54,876 nucleotides of DNA from a virus. Its lineage: Duplodnaviria; Caudoviricetes. The notes under the pieces were generated by a model. The model was not told where the DNA came from. It saw only the letters and a program-made list of their open reading frames with translations, and searched no databases. The position numbers and the translations under genes were made by a program. Each line of letters opens with the position of its first letter. Within the stretch, counting starts at the first letter, position 1. Shown in pieces: positions 35,501 through 44,538 of the stretch. Where the stretch lies: the IMG/VR virus record IMGVR_UViG_3300035126_000263, positions 1 through 54,876 of that record. One strand, given 5' to 3'.

Positions 35501-38422
35501 GCAGTTGGCGATCGTTCTGGAACTGACTTGGTTGGTAAGATCAACGAGGAGTTTACTAAAGCTACTGAGAAGAAAACTCAACAACGCAAGACTGAGGAAG
35601 CGGAACTTGATGAGGAATACAAGAAGGTTCAAAAGCAAGCTGACGCTGAGATTGAAAAGCTCGCCAAGATTCAGTCTGATACACCTTCATTCGATCCAGC
35701 GACAGCAAGGCAGACCGCAAATGATGTTCGTGCTATCGTGGCTGCTGACTTGAAACAACGTCCAGACATGGAACGCAAAGCTCCTTGGAAATCCATGTTG
35801 GTTGCCAAGCTACAAGAAGCAGGAGTTGAACCAGCAGCAGCAGAGACATTGGCAGATATTGTTTGGAGACAGCATGAGATCAACAACCTTTCGAGGGAAT
35901 TATCCTCCATCAACAAAGCCATAGAGAAAGGGCCAATTTCGGAGATCGTCAAAGCAATCAAAGATACTCCGCTGGAAGATCAACAGAATCCTAACTGGAG
36001 ATATGAAGTCATGCGCGACTACCTCCGCAGAGCAGGATTGACTGTTGCCCAGTCTGAGAGGATTGCGAAGCTGATGGACATCTCGCTCCAGAAACGCTTC
36101 ACGATGGCGCAGGAGCAAGCATTCACAGATGCTATTAGCAAGTCTGCACCTTGGAAAGCTGGAGATACCAGAAGCCGCAGAGCATTCCAGAAGGTATTGC
36201 AAGCCCTCCGCGCTGGAGCATTAGACCCAGCAAGGAATGTGTTGAGTGACATGGCGGCATTAAATGGATGGACTGGGTTTACTCCAGACCAATACAAAAC
36301 TCTTCTCAAGAATGACGCTATCCTTTCTGATCCAGAAGCAGGCGAGCTTAAAAAGGCAGAAGCCTACAAAGCAATCCAAGATGTAATCTCCAAGGCTAAA
36401 CTACCTATCCGCGCTAGGGATGTCATCGGGCAATACTACGATGCACAAGCATTGAGTGGCATTCCTACATTGACTGTGAACTCATTCTCGCCAATCGCAT
36501 TTGCTATGCGGAATGCTATTATTGAGATTGGATCAGGAACACTCAAGGGTAATCCGAAGGCTATTACTAATGCAGCTACTGCCCTTGTAGATTCAATCAA
36601 ATCGTGGGCAAACACAGTTGCCTTCTCTTTCAAGAACAACGTCACAGTTTACTCCAACGTGGATTACATTGTAAACGATGACAATCTTCTTAGGCTTTAT
36701 CGTCGTGGAGTAGATCAGTTCAAAAGTGGTAAGACACCAAGAGAACGAGCAGACGGAGTAAAGAACATGATGATTGGTATGATGGACTATGTTCGTCGTA
36801 TCTTGAATGCTCTCGACTATGGCGCGATTGCCTCACTTCAGAACCAGAACATCAGCAAGTATTCGATGGCAGTAATGAAGCGGCAAGGGATGTCTATCAA
36901 AGAAGGTAACGAAATGTTTGCGGTGATGATGAAGGCTAAGAATGATTTCTACCTTCAACAGATCGCTATCGGAACCGATAAAAACAAAGCAAGCATTCTC
37001 GCTGATGAGTTCTACATTTCCTCATGGAATGATGCTCTGACTAAAGCAGGCGTAGAGAAGAGTGATATTAAGCAAGCAATGGATGCTGCAATCAACGATG
37101 CGTTGTCTTCTGTTGGTAGGAATAGGCAGTCACTTGACTCTTTGAAAGACGAGTCAACCAAACTGAAAGACGCTGGCGTATCTTCGATGCCTGCCTTGTG
37201 GTTGTTAGAGTCGATGGCGAATGCAGCCAATCAATCCGACAATCAGATTTTGAAATTGTTCAGCCGAGTTATCTATGGATTCGCAATCGTTCCTGCTCGC
37301 GTGATTCGTGAGACAGCTTGGTTTTCACCATATGGATTTGTGCGCTTTGGATATGATGCCATCGCAAAAAAGATGGGCAGAACATCTCCTTATGCTCAGT
37401 CACTTGGAACTGATATTCAGTATAGCCAAAGGCTAAACGAGGCTATCGCTGGCACTGTAGCATTGATTGCGCTTGCATCCCTCCGCGCTGGTTCAACTGA
37501 CGAACCAGAGGAAGATGAGTTCAAGATAGTATTTACTGGTAATGGCCCAAAGAGGAGCGATGACCCTCAGTTCTACGACTCTTGGTATAAGGCAGGCAAT
37601 AAGCCAAACACGATGAGCGTTTATTTCGGGAAGTCCAAGTTTGACTTGAATATGATGAGGGGATTTGAGGCGTTCACTTGGCCTGCCATGATGCTTGGTG
37701 CGCTCGATGATTTGGAGATTCGCAAGAAGCAAAAGCGAGATGCGAATACAGGAACTCAATTGGAAGACGCTTCCATCGTTGCGGGGTTTGTATTTGATGC
37801 AGCACTTCGCCGTGGGCCGTATGCCTTCACCACAAAGTCACTCTTCGGAACCTACGGAGACATCGGTGTAGAGGGCGTTGCGAAGGGGTTGACCTTCCCT
37901 GCAAAGACTCTGATTCCAGTATTGGGAACAAGCCTTGCAAGTAACCTCTCAAACTTCATCAACGACCCAATTGATAGACGCACATTGGATGGCGCGGTAT
38001 GGTCAAACATCCCATTCATCGGGCCTGCCGTAGCACCGAAATCCTTGAACGCATTTGGTGAACCATCGTTGTCAACTGACTTCGCAAGCAAAATGTTTAA
38101 GCTCGGAGTTCCGATTATCTATGACATCCCGACTGACAGAGAATCAATCATGCTTCATGAGTTGGTCTTGAGTAAGGGTGGTGGGCCAAGCATACCGACT
38201 CGGAATCAGCTTGCACAAAGGCTCGACAGAGACCCGACTAATAAAGAATACGAGATGTTCGTGAAAGAATATGGTTCACTTATCGCAGAAGATATGAAGG
38301 CAAATTACACTGATCTTTTTGAAGCGTCAGCGGAAGGTTACAGCAAGTATGTAGAGAAGATTGGAAATGTTGCCAGAGATATTGCTGAAACAAGAGTGAG
38401 AGAAAAATTTGAAAAGCCTTGA
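32504..38422 (+). CDS. Large internal virion (ejection) protein, 1972 aa
   Basis: Gly/Ala hydrophobic N-terminal region with EALTEGTQEAAEQ, long helical body, last in the structural operon. Confidence 0.65.
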   Translation: MITQEDLKTIRERGYSDDEIWSKLAETNSDFSIVKERGYSLEEVASITSGKPMPEPEPAGTSIGDTLQTAAEELEAGVGRAGSAFAKSAVGSVRMFTDLFGANNKVSKEIAGVEDYIDQFTTAQAKQDKEEISRLFQEAEGKGLGNKVMAGLKAVAVSPETLGPEMAGYMLPSLAAGLLTGGASIPVQIGAQATIGAAQAAGSIKGDIYQSVRDYSREQGLSEVEADRAATEAQSYGGKNLDLILTNAGIGALAASTGAERIATRILTGRGKDVTKKTIGEFLKQGAMAGGVEALTEGTQEAAEQISQNIALQREGKDVPTFQNVPQVATMGAVAGGVIGGGLKGVEFLSAEEKAEQDINRSADREARSLSATDSTTKKVINDLNQSENAIDSLRQELDTLEPTDPKAQQLRMRISEEQKKATGLKQSLGEELSEPITAIEEQQAALAGAITAPAEPTVKETLQVQPTQAAPAPVEQVVTPPVEVAPLPARTVEESIQNKDTFEFEGMRGAVTLEDGTAVFRPFGTNDKYEVPINPNQAISEIEGIQWVRKGQTRQAPVEPTIPEVAAIVESQPQITEEEFNATEDDFQLPPSLIEIEKSPTLNAIADIFNTGESKIVQEGKRAKKVSATPEFYRQISPEQIDVANKQIDNALRIIDNLPVSEEQKQTLAEPYLLIDQDISSYENNPEYKQYKASIRREVRPADQAITLPETAGKTKPTAKKPKLGQKGGVLIPTKEDFIQAGQNIYEAGMEFGAWAKQMIQQFGDAVREFLGEVWQAVSGAPVKLNELMGYLPKKGEAGAVNVGKGKKREQVMGAKVGPEKKTPEGIIAKTQELLRKQFDPSKVSDKNTTEAFRAIGKLTSKQGNAFAEELNDLGRVEGSEVSMGAALFVNDLFEYSIRLAAEGNKKMLGIMMSNINKLPTGAMGATGAGQTLRARLELAQRFLIMGQAEQDAYTNYVAEFIYGPNPTKEQIQSIKDAYAAVEKTPQVTEQELTDEIKAVGDRSGTDLVGKINEEFTKATEKKTQQRKTEEAELDEEYKKVQKQADAEIEKLAKIQSDTPSFDPATARQTANDVRAIVAADLKQRPDMERKAPWKSMLVAKLQEAGVEPAAAETLADIVWRQHEINNLSRELSSINKAIEKGPISEIVKAIKDTPLEDQQNPNWRYEVMRDYLRRAGLTVAQSERIAKLMDISLQKRFTMAQEQAFTDAISKSAPWKAGDTRSRRAFQKVLQALRAGALDPARNVLSDMAALNGWTGFTPDQYKTLLKNDAILSDPEAGELKKAEAYKAIQDVISKAKLPIRARDVIGQYYDAQALSGIPTLTVNSFSPIAFAMRNAIIEIGSGTLKGNPKAITNAATALVDSIKSWANTVAFSFKNNVTVYSNVDYIVNDDNLLRLYRRGVDQFKSGKTPRERADGVKNMMIGMMDYVRRILNALDYGAIASLQNQNISKYSMAVMKRQGMSIKEGNEMFAVMMKAKNDFYLQQIAIGTDKNKASILADEFYISSWNDALTKAGVEKSDIKQAMDAAINDALSSVGRNRQSLDSLKDESTKLKDAGVSSMPALWLLESMANAANQSDNQILKLFSRVIYGFAIVPARVIRETAWFSPYGFVRFGYDAIAKKMGRTSPYAQSLGTDIQYSQRLNEAIAGTVALIALASLRAGSTDEPEEDEFKIVFTGNGPKRSDDPQFYDSWYKAGNKPNTMSVYFGKSKFDLNMMRGFEAFTWPAMMLGALDDLEIRKKQKRDANTGTQLEDASIVAGFVFDAALRRGPYAFTTKSLFGTYGDIGVEGVAKGLTFPAKTLIPVLGTSLASNLSNFINDPIDRRTLDGAVWSNIPFIGPAVAPKSLNAFGEPSLSTDFASKMFKLGVPIIYDIPTDRESIMLHELVLSKGGGPSIPTRNQLAQRLDRDPTNKEYEMFVKEYGSLIAEDMKANYTDLFEASAEGYSKYVEKIGNVARDIAETRVREKFEKP

Positions 38423-38446
38423 CACCCGCAGAAGCTGATGTAGATT
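38419..38446 (+). promoter_or_regulatory. Sigma70-type promoter
   Basis: TTGACA-16nt-TAGATT; -35 overlaps the stop codon of the 1972-aa gene. Confidence 0.65.
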
Positions 38447-38452
38447 GGTTCT

Positions 38453-38525
38453 GCAAACTGCATTGGGTTTGTTTCATGTTATTCATTAGGGGACGCACCT
38501 CGGAGAAATTCGGGGTGCGTTTTCT
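38453..38525 (+). ncRNA. Candidate small regulatory RNA
   Basis: About 70 nt with no ORF between a promoter and an intrinsic terminator; three CAU triplets. Confidence 0.5.
38492..38525 (+). terminator. Rho-independent terminator
   Basis: GACGCACCTCGGA-GAAA-TTCGGGGTGCGTT-TTCT. Confidence 0.8.
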
Positions 38526-38572
38526 GTTATCGTAACCGATAAAAATATTTTCTAAAAAGTATTAAAAAAATG

Positions 38573-38600
38573 TTGACACGATAATCGTAGTCTGTAGATT
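38573..38600 (+). promoter_or_regulatory. Sigma70-type promoter of the recombination operon
   Basis: A-rich UP element, TTGACA-16nt-TAGATT; palindrome 30 bp upstream. Confidence 0.7.
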
Positions 38601-38639
38601 TGCCTTGTGAACGGCACAACCTCCGTCCATAAAAACCTA

Positions 38640-38852
38640 ATGAAAGATACACCAACAGTAAAAAAAGAAGTAACAGAAAAACCAGCAGTGCAGAACTCCG
38701 AACTCCAGCGTGAAATCTATCTCCGCTTGGTATCGGCGGCAGCAGCAGATGGACGATTCCTTCTCGGCAATCTTCCCAATGCGCAGGCAGTAGTCAAGCA
38801 GGGCGACCACCTCAAGGGTGTGGCTGAAATCCTTGCCAAGTGCTACGAGTAA
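38640..38852 (+). CDS. Hypothetical protein
   Basis: ATG 38640 with A-rich leader. Confidence 0.7.
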   Translation: MKDTPTVKKEVTEKPAVQNSELQREIYLRLVSAAAADGRFLLGNLPNAQAVVKQGDHLKGVAEILAKCYE

Positions 38853-38989
38853 TGGAAGACGATTACGATCTTTCTTCGGAAATCGAAGAGGCGCGTCACG
38901 AAGCATACATTCATAAATGTGCGATGCGCGACATGGATCAAGGCATCCGACCTACCTACTGGGACGAACCCAATGACGATAACGAATAG
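38852..38989 (+). CDS. Small acidic protein, not in ORF track
   Basis: MEDDYDLSSEIEEARHEAYIHK..., 45 aa, coupled start. Confidence 0.5.
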   Translation: MEDDYDLSSEIEEARHEAYIHKCAMRDMDQGIRPTYWDEPNDDNE

Positions 38990-39842
38990 ACACGATTTGC
39001 CCGCGCCCATGTATCGGGCGTTGGCACACGATGGTTATATGGCAGGTCAAAGGAAAGCTGACATCTCAGTGACTACCTTGATCGGGCCACCGAAGATCAA
39101 CCAACTTAAGAAACGCTACTCTGACCAGATCGTAGAAGACGCATCCGACAGGGTGTGGGCATTACTTGGTCAGTCAGTGCATAAAGTTCTTGAGTTGGCA
39201 GGCGGCGAGGATGAGATGACTGAGAAGCGTCTATACAAAGAAATCAATGGATGGACGCTGACCGGACAGACTGACCTCTACGAGACTGGCAATCAGACTA
39301 TCTCTGACTTCAAGGTAACATCGGTATTCTCCTTCCTCCTCGGCGGCAAGTCTGAGTGGGAAGCACAGATCAACCTCAATGCTATGCTCTGGAGAGAGTA
39401 TGGATACGAAGTCAAGAAAGGTCAGATCGTCGCCATCCTCCGTGACTGGCAGGCAAGCAAGGCAGAGTTTGACAAAGAGTATCCTCAGTGTGCAGTTCAC
39501 ATTGTTGACATACCTCTTTGGGATAACGAAGAGTGCATAGCCTACGCTACGGAGCGGATCAAACTCCACCAAGCAGCGGCAGCAATGCCAGACGATACCA
39601 TCCCTGCCTGTGATCCAAAGGAACGATGGGCTAAACCAGATACCTTTGCGATCCGAAAGGACGGGAACAAACGAGCAGCAAAAGTGTGCGAGACATTAGA
39701 GGAAGCTGAAAGACTGCTGCCTACCTATGGCGCGAAACACTCAATCGAAAAACGAAGCGGAGGGGATATGCGATGCGAGCGTTACTGCTCAGTAGCTCCC
39801 TTCTGCCACTACTACAAAACAACCTATAAAACCAATGAGTAA
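38973..39842 (+). CDS. PD-(D/E)XK exonuclease (Cas4/RecB-like)
   Basis: ISVTTLIG, GQSVHKVLE, LTGQTDLY...ISDFKVT, QINLNA, C-terminal RCERYC..APFC. Confidence 0.85.
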   Translation: MTITNRHDLPAPMYRALAHDGYMAGQRKADISVTTLIGPPKINQLKKRYSDQIVEDASDRVWALLGQSVHKVLELAGGEDEMTEKRLYKEINGWTLTGQTDLYETGNQTISDFKVTSVFSFLLGGKSEWEAQINLNAMLWREYGYEVKKGQIVAILRDWQASKAEFDKEYPQCAVHIVDIPLWDNEECIAYATERIKLHQAAAAMPDDTIPACDPKERWAKPDTFAIRKDGNKRAAKVCETLEEAERLLPTYGAKHSIEKRSGGDMRCERYCSVAPFCHYYKTTYKTNE

Positions 39843-40068
39843 GAATCTACCACCTATCGAAAGACTGGCGATGCTGCCAGAAGAGAATAGGCAAGAAGCA
39901 TTAGACTGGATGGCAAACCAACCATCAGCAAGCATAGATGACACTGTTGATCCAATAAGCCGATGGGAAATCCGCATCTCCCTTGGCGGGTTAGGAGATT
40001 TCTATCGCATCTATGACAAAGCAACAAAAGAAATCAAAGAACTGGAAGTAAACGAAGATAACTGGTAA
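39835..40068 (+). CDS. Hypothetical protein
   Basis: 77-aa ORF in operon. Confidence 0.65.
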   Translation: MSKNLPPIERLAMLPEENRQEALDWMANQPSASIDDTVDPISRWEIRISLGGLGDFYRIYDKATKEIKELEVNEDNW

Positions 40069-40075
40069 ATAAATT

Positions 40076-40897
40076 ATGAGTAACCAATTAGACGGCCTTG
40101 AGCCGAAAGACATCATTAAGAAAGTAACGGGGAAGATAACCAAACTCTTTCCAGAAAAGAAATTTGAAGGCAACTACGGCCCGACTTCAGTCCAAAATGG
40201 TGAGATTGAAATTGATGGGCAGACATACAAAATTGCATTCTGGAAGAATAGCCAACCAGAATCCGCTAAGAATAGGACAGTCACATTATCCTCAACTCGC
40301 AGTAAGCAGGGTTTGAGTGGAGTGACATTTGAAAAAGAATCCTATGAAAAAGAAGGCAAAAAAATTGAAAACCTTCTTATTAAGGTTACAGCATCGGCTA
40401 AAATTGAATACGATGGCGAGAGCGAAGAGCCTGCCCGTGTTGCATCTCCTGCGACACCCAAGGTTATCGTAACCGATAATCCAGAGAAGGCATTGGATGA
40501 GATCGTGGAGCTTCACCAGTATATTGATAGCCTCGTCCGCATGGCATACCTTGGCAAGATCACAGACGAAGAAACCCTTCGCTCGTATGTCTCATCGGTC
40601 TTCATTGAAGCTAACCGGAAGGGCATCCACTACTCATCGAAGGTCGAAGCGCCGAAGAAGGAAGAGCCAGTGAAGGATGAGGTTGATCCCAACGACTGGG
40701 GTTCTGTCATCGTCCCATCTGGATCACACAAGGGCAAGAAGCTGGCAGAGATCGGCAAGCCTGCCCTTACCAAACTTTACGAATACTACTTAGAGAAAGG
40801 ATTTAACACTCCCTTTGCTAAATGCGTAGAGAAAGCAGCGGAAGACTTGAACCTCGACGCACCAGCAGGCGAGGAAGAAGACAACATTCCATGGTAA
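40076..40897 (+). CDS. Putative single-stranded DNA-binding protein
   Basis: OB-fold-like N-terminus (VTGKITKL...YKIAFW), acidic tail EEEDNIPW. Confidence 0.6.
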   Translation: MSNQLDGLEPKDIIKKVTGKITKLFPEKKFEGNYGPTSVQNGEIEIDGQTYKIAFWKNSQPESAKNRTVTLSSTRSKQGLSGVTFEKESYEKEGKKIENLLIKVTASAKIEYDGESEEPARVASPATPKVIVTDNPEKALDEIVELHQYIDSLVRMAYLGKITDEETLRSYVSSVFIEANRKGIHYSSKVEAPKKEEPVKDEVDPNDWGSVIVPSGSHKGKKLAEIGKPALTKLYEYYLEKGFNTPFAKCVEKAAEDLNLDAPAGEEEDNIPW

Positions 40898-40939
40898 TCC
40901 TGTTCTCCCCAGAACACCTAACCTAAACCTAAACACAAC

Positions 40940-41920
40940 ATGAAAAAGAAAGAAATAGAATTGTTCAGCCCAACTCAAGAGGGAGTCATTGTCCCTCTGT
41001 CAACCTACCTCCGTCAAATGGGGGAGTTCGTTAAGACCGAATGGCCGGGGATCAACATCACCGAAGCTCACATCAAGAAGGCATGGAGCAAACTCCAGAA
41101 GAACGAATACCTTGGCGACGATGCGCCAGATGAGATGCTGGAGATGTATGAGAAGATGTCCGCTGACTTGGACATGGCCGAAGAGATGGAAGAAGAACGC
41201 CTTGCCATGCCAGCAGTAGAAGAGGCAGAAGAAGTTGAGGTTGAACTTACCGAAGATGAACCAATCAACGAATCCCTCGCCCTTGTGGAGAGTGTGAAGG
41301 ATGGATTGGAACTCAGTTCATTTACTCAGAAGTTCGACATCGGATCAGGAATGACTCAGTGCGTTCCTAAAGGTAAGGTGGAGATGAAAGACTGGGTAGC
41401 AGCATTTGCCTTCGGTCTGACTCTCGAAAGCGGAGCACAATGGATCATCGGTGATTCAGTGGTAGCCTTGGAGAACGCAGGGCATGAGGATGTAGTCAAT
41501 CAACTCTGCTCTAACTTCAAGAAGTCCTATCCAACTGTCTCCGGTTACGCCCGTGCTTGCCGCGCATTCCCTGCTGATAAGCGCGATCCTGCCCTTCCAT
41601 TCACAGTCTATCGTGAGATTGGCAACGCTAACTTCGGTGACAACAGCACCAAGAAACAGCAAGAACTTCTTGAAGCAGCAAAGACTGAGAAGCTATCCTC
41701 GACTGAGGTTCGCAACCGAGTGCGGCATGAGCAGGGTAAAGACGATAAACCATCCGGTCATCGCTTCCTTCTCCTCAATGTCGGTAACTTCTCCAACTCG
41801 GAAGTCCTCCGCTCGATGCCCGAAGAAGTGCAAGAACATCAACTCTTGATCGACCTTGGCGATAAGTCATGGTTCGATCCAGCCGAAGGTGAATGGTTGA
41901 AATTCGGAAAGGAAGCATGA
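40940..41920 (+). CDS. Putative DNA-binding protein with LmbU-like domain
   Basis: QWIIGD...SYPTVSGYARACRAFP...R...LPFTVYREIG resembles the LmbU-family pattern as I recall it. Confidence 0.45.
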   Translation: MKKKEIELFSPTQEGVIVPLSTYLRQMGEFVKTEWPGINITEAHIKKAWSKLQKNEYLGDDAPDEMLEMYEKMSADLDMAEEMEEERLAMPAVEEAEEVEVELTEDEPINESLALVESVKDGLELSSFTQKFDIGSGMTQCVPKGKVEMKDWVAAFAFGLTLESGAQWIIGDSVVALENAGHEDVVNQLCSNFKKSYPTVSGYARACRAFPADKRDPALPFTVYREIGNANFGDNSTKKQQELLEAAKTEKLSSTEVRNRVRHEQGKDDKPSGHRFLLLNVGNFSNSEVLRSMPEEVQEHQLLIDLGDKSWFDPAEGEWLKFGKEA

Positions 41921-41921
41921 T

Positions 41922-42068
41922 ATGAGCAAGAAAGATTACGAAGATGATCCAGAAGCCTATTGGCAGGATAAAGCAGACCGGAAAGAACAAGACGGCAAAG
42001 AAAAACTAAACCGCTGGGAGAAGGAGAATCCTCATTGGCCCTACGGATTCAAACCGAAGGATTGTTAA
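41922..42068 (+). CDS. Small hypothetical protein, not in ORF track
   Basis: MSKKDYEDDPEAYWQDK..., 48 aa, coupled to next start. Confidence 0.55.
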   Translation: MSKKDYEDDPEAYWQDKADRKEQDGKEKLNRWEKENPHWPYGFKPKDC

Positions 42069-42322
42069 TGATTGAAAAAATCTTAGTGAAACTATGCGCG
42101 TTCTCATCTGAACAACTCATAGGTATTGCAAACAAAGCGTTGAATGATAGACAGGAAATCTTGGAGAGATCAGAGAAAGAAAAAGCAAGACTCCAAACTA
42201 TTAACTCACGCTTGCTGGCAAGGCTGGCTATGACAGAGAGAGCGCGAAACGAAGCTCAAGCAGAAGTGCAAAGATTAACTAACTTAGAAATAGCAAGACA
42301 ACAAAACAAAGAAAACAAATAA
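42068..42322 (+). CDS. Hypothetical coiled-coil protein
   Basis: ATG 42068; ERARNEAQAEV. Confidence 0.65.
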   Translation: MIEKILVKLCAFSSEQLIGIANKALNDRQEILERSEKEKARLQTINSRLLARLAMTERARNEAQAEVQRLTNLEIARQQNKENK

Positions 42323-42325
42323 TTT

Positions 42326-42607
42326 ATGTCAGAACCAACACAACAAAACGAAACCTCGAAAGCAGTTCTTGAAGCGTTCACCTTCATTAAGAGCGGCGAC
42401 GAGACACTAAACGAACGAGTCCACGCAATGGCCAGTCTGTTGCATACAGCAGCGATGATGGTCATCAAATCAGAATCCCGCAAGGGTGAAGGGTTTGAAG
42501 CTATCCGCTACTTGGAAATGGCGTTCCTATACTACACCCAAGCGCAGTTTAGGAAACGCTTCGACACAGAAGAACCAAAAGAAGAGGCTCCACGAATTAT
42601 CAGTTAA
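42326..42607 (+). CDS. Hypothetical protein
   Basis: 93-aa ORF ending the operon. Confidence 0.7.
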   Translation: MSEPTQQNETSKAVLEAFTFIKSGDETLNERVHAMASLLHTAAMMVIKSESRKGEGFEAIRYLEMAFLYYTQAQFRKRFDTEEPKEEAPRIIS

Positions 42608-42671
42608 AGCATATGGCGAACTACTAATAAACTACCAATTCATGCGAAATTAGTAGTTAACCGATAACAAC

Positions 42672-42717
42672 AAAAAAGCCCACCTTGGATTTTTCCTCGG
42701 TGGGCTTCTTGCTTTTT
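42672..42717. terminator. Bidirectional terminator
   Basis: AAAAAAGCCCACC...GGTGGGCTTCTT between convergent operons. Confidence 0.75.
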
Positions 42718-42721
42718 AGAA

Positions 42722-44350
42722 TCAGATCAGATTCTCTTCTTCTTTTGGAGCGAGTGAGATTGTTGCGTCGATCTCGCCATCATTAAGGGTGTCCATCTGC
42801 TTCAGCTTGCTATCAAGTTTCTCACACATGGATTCTTCGATAGGAACGCCCGCCGAATACACGAGATACTGCACCGATTTCGATTTTCCACCCGCTCTGT
42901 GAACTCGACCTAATACCTGCTTGAGGTCGAAAACGGAAGGCGTAGGCATTATTAGCGCAACTCGTGGATGGTTGCCGTTGAGATCATGGAGGTTTAATCC
43001 TTCCCTTGATGCTTGGATGATACCAATGATGACTCGGCTCTTATCATTCTGGAATGAATCGATCTTACCTCTACGCTCTATCTCATCTTGACCGCCATAG
43101 ATAGCGCAATCGGTTTTCAACTCTTCCATGAGCCATTTTCTCGATTCAGAAAAATTCACTGCGATAAAAACCGAGTGATTCTCTTCTATCAAATCGCGGG
43201 CCATTGCTGCTACGGCAGGGCATTTCAACAATTCAATTCTCTGGCGAGCGCGGGTTTGCTCTGCCAGAACATTTGCGCTGAAATTCTCTGCTTGTCTCAA
43301 CTCTTCAATGCGGTTACATAGGTCGTCATATTCACCCGCAATCTTTCGAGCGTTGTCCATGTCGAAGGCTTTTGCCCTTATCAATGTCTCTGGGAATGCC
43401 TCGCCAAGATCGGAATGCCTTAGACGATTGCCTTTCTCTGGATAGATGCGGCTATGCAACTTTCTCAGAACCGAATTGCCTCCGGTGAACTGCATCCCGA
43501 ACCTTGTCTTGCGGCATCCGTGCTGTGACAAGAAACGGAAGTAGTCTTTACCGCCTTGGTGAAGACCTAAGAACTGCCCGATTGCCCATAGTTTAGTTGG
43601 ATCATCCGCAATGGTAGCAGAAAGAGCAATGGCAGGAATGTTCTGGATAACCGAATCACGGACAAGAAAAGCATTCTGACTTAGACCCGGAGATTTTCCG
43701 CGATGAACCTCATCCCATATAAGGATAACATCATCAGGAAGATAATAACGAAAATCTTTCTTCTTATCATCTGTCCATCTGCCGATCTTAGACTTACCAG
43801 TCTTCAACCATTCCCAATTAGTTACCTCAAATGTTTCCACTCCCATCATCTTAGCTGCTCGCCTCCAATCGGTAAGGATAGCGAGAGGTGCAACTACAGC
43901 AATGCGTTTACCTAACTCCCGTGCAATACCCAATGCACAGAAGGTTTTCCCTACGCCTGTGGAGTGACCGAGAAGAACGCGATTGTATTTGTTCATAGAG
44001 GCGACACCCATCTGCACGGAGGTTTGCTGGTATTCAAACAAGCCTTTGGGGTGGAGTAATGGAATCAAATCTAACTCTGGCACTGCCTCAACAGGATTAT
44101 CGGAAACGATTATCTGTTTGAACTTAAGCTGATCGTCTGACCAGTGGGTTAGTTGCCATTCTTCGCGGAACTTGCCAAGCTGGATGCCAGCATCCGCCAT
44201 TTGCTTTTTGAATAGCTCTTTGTCTTCTCCGTAAACCCTCCAAAAGGCTTGGGTAATCGGAGCTTTCTTGAGGAGTCGAACGCCTCGCTTTGTATTGAGT
44301 TGAATGGGGTGAGACCACTCAACTGTTGCCATCAAATCATGGATGTTCAT
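42722..44350 (-). CDS. Superfamily 2 (SNF2/DExH-like) helicase
   Basis: HSTGVGKT, IWDEVH, LSAT, REGLNL, QVLGRVHRAG. Confidence 0.9.
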   Translation of the reverse strand: MNIHDLMATVEWSHPIQLNTKRGVRLLKKAPITQAFWRVYGEDKELFKKQMADAGIQLGKFREEWQLTHWSDDQLKFKQIIVSDNPVEAVPELDLIPLLHPKGLFEYQQTSVQMGVASMNKYNRVLLGHSTGVGKTFCALGIARELGKRIAVVAPLAILTDWRRAAKMMGVETFEVTNWEWLKTGKSKIGRWTDDKKKDFRYYLPDDVILIWDEVHRGKSPGLSQNAFLVRDSVIQNIPAIALSATIADDPTKLWAIGQFLGLHQGGKDYFRFLSQHGCRKTRFGMQFTGGNSVLRKLHSRIYPEKGNRLRHSDLGEAFPETLIRAKAFDMDNARKIAGEYDDLCNRIEELRQAENFSANVLAEQTRARQRIELLKCPAVAAMARDLIEENHSVFIAVNFSESRKWLMEELKTDCAIYGGQDEIERRGKIDSFQNDKSRVIIGIIQASREGLNLHDLNGNHPRVALIMPTPSVFDLKQVLGRVHRAGGKSKSVQYLVYSAGVPIEESMCEKLDSKLKQMDTLNDGEIDATISLAPKEEENLI

Positions 44351-44538
44351 CGGCCATTCCTCCTCGCGTTATCCAAGGCACGGCGGCACTGCATCATCAA
44401 GAGCGTGTCACCATCACCATAAGCATCAAGAACGGCTTCCAAGGCTTCCATCATCTCCCGCTTTACTGACTCCCCACTAAGTGGAGAGTCTTTGAATCTG
44501 AAGAGGGGTTTCTGTTTGTGTAAGTTAAAGGTTCTCAT
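44347..44538 (-). CDS. Hypothetical protein
   Basis: ATGA-coupled 63-aa ORF. Confidence 0.6.
   Translation of the reverse strand: MRTFNLHKQKPLFRFKDSPLSGESVKREMMEALEAVLDAYGDGDTLLMMQCRRALDNARRNGR

Noticed and set aside
38973-39842. CRISPR-associated cas4
   Set aside because: No other cas genes or array; the SSB context indicates a phage recombination exonuclease
40901-40916. LexA box TGTTC...GAACA
   Set aside because: Spacer is 6 nt rather than the 4 nt of the Verrucomicrobia consensus, and it is a single instance
42649-42667. Additional palindrome copies at 42652 and 46621
   Set aside because: Only the right half (spacer plus CGATAA) matches; not counted
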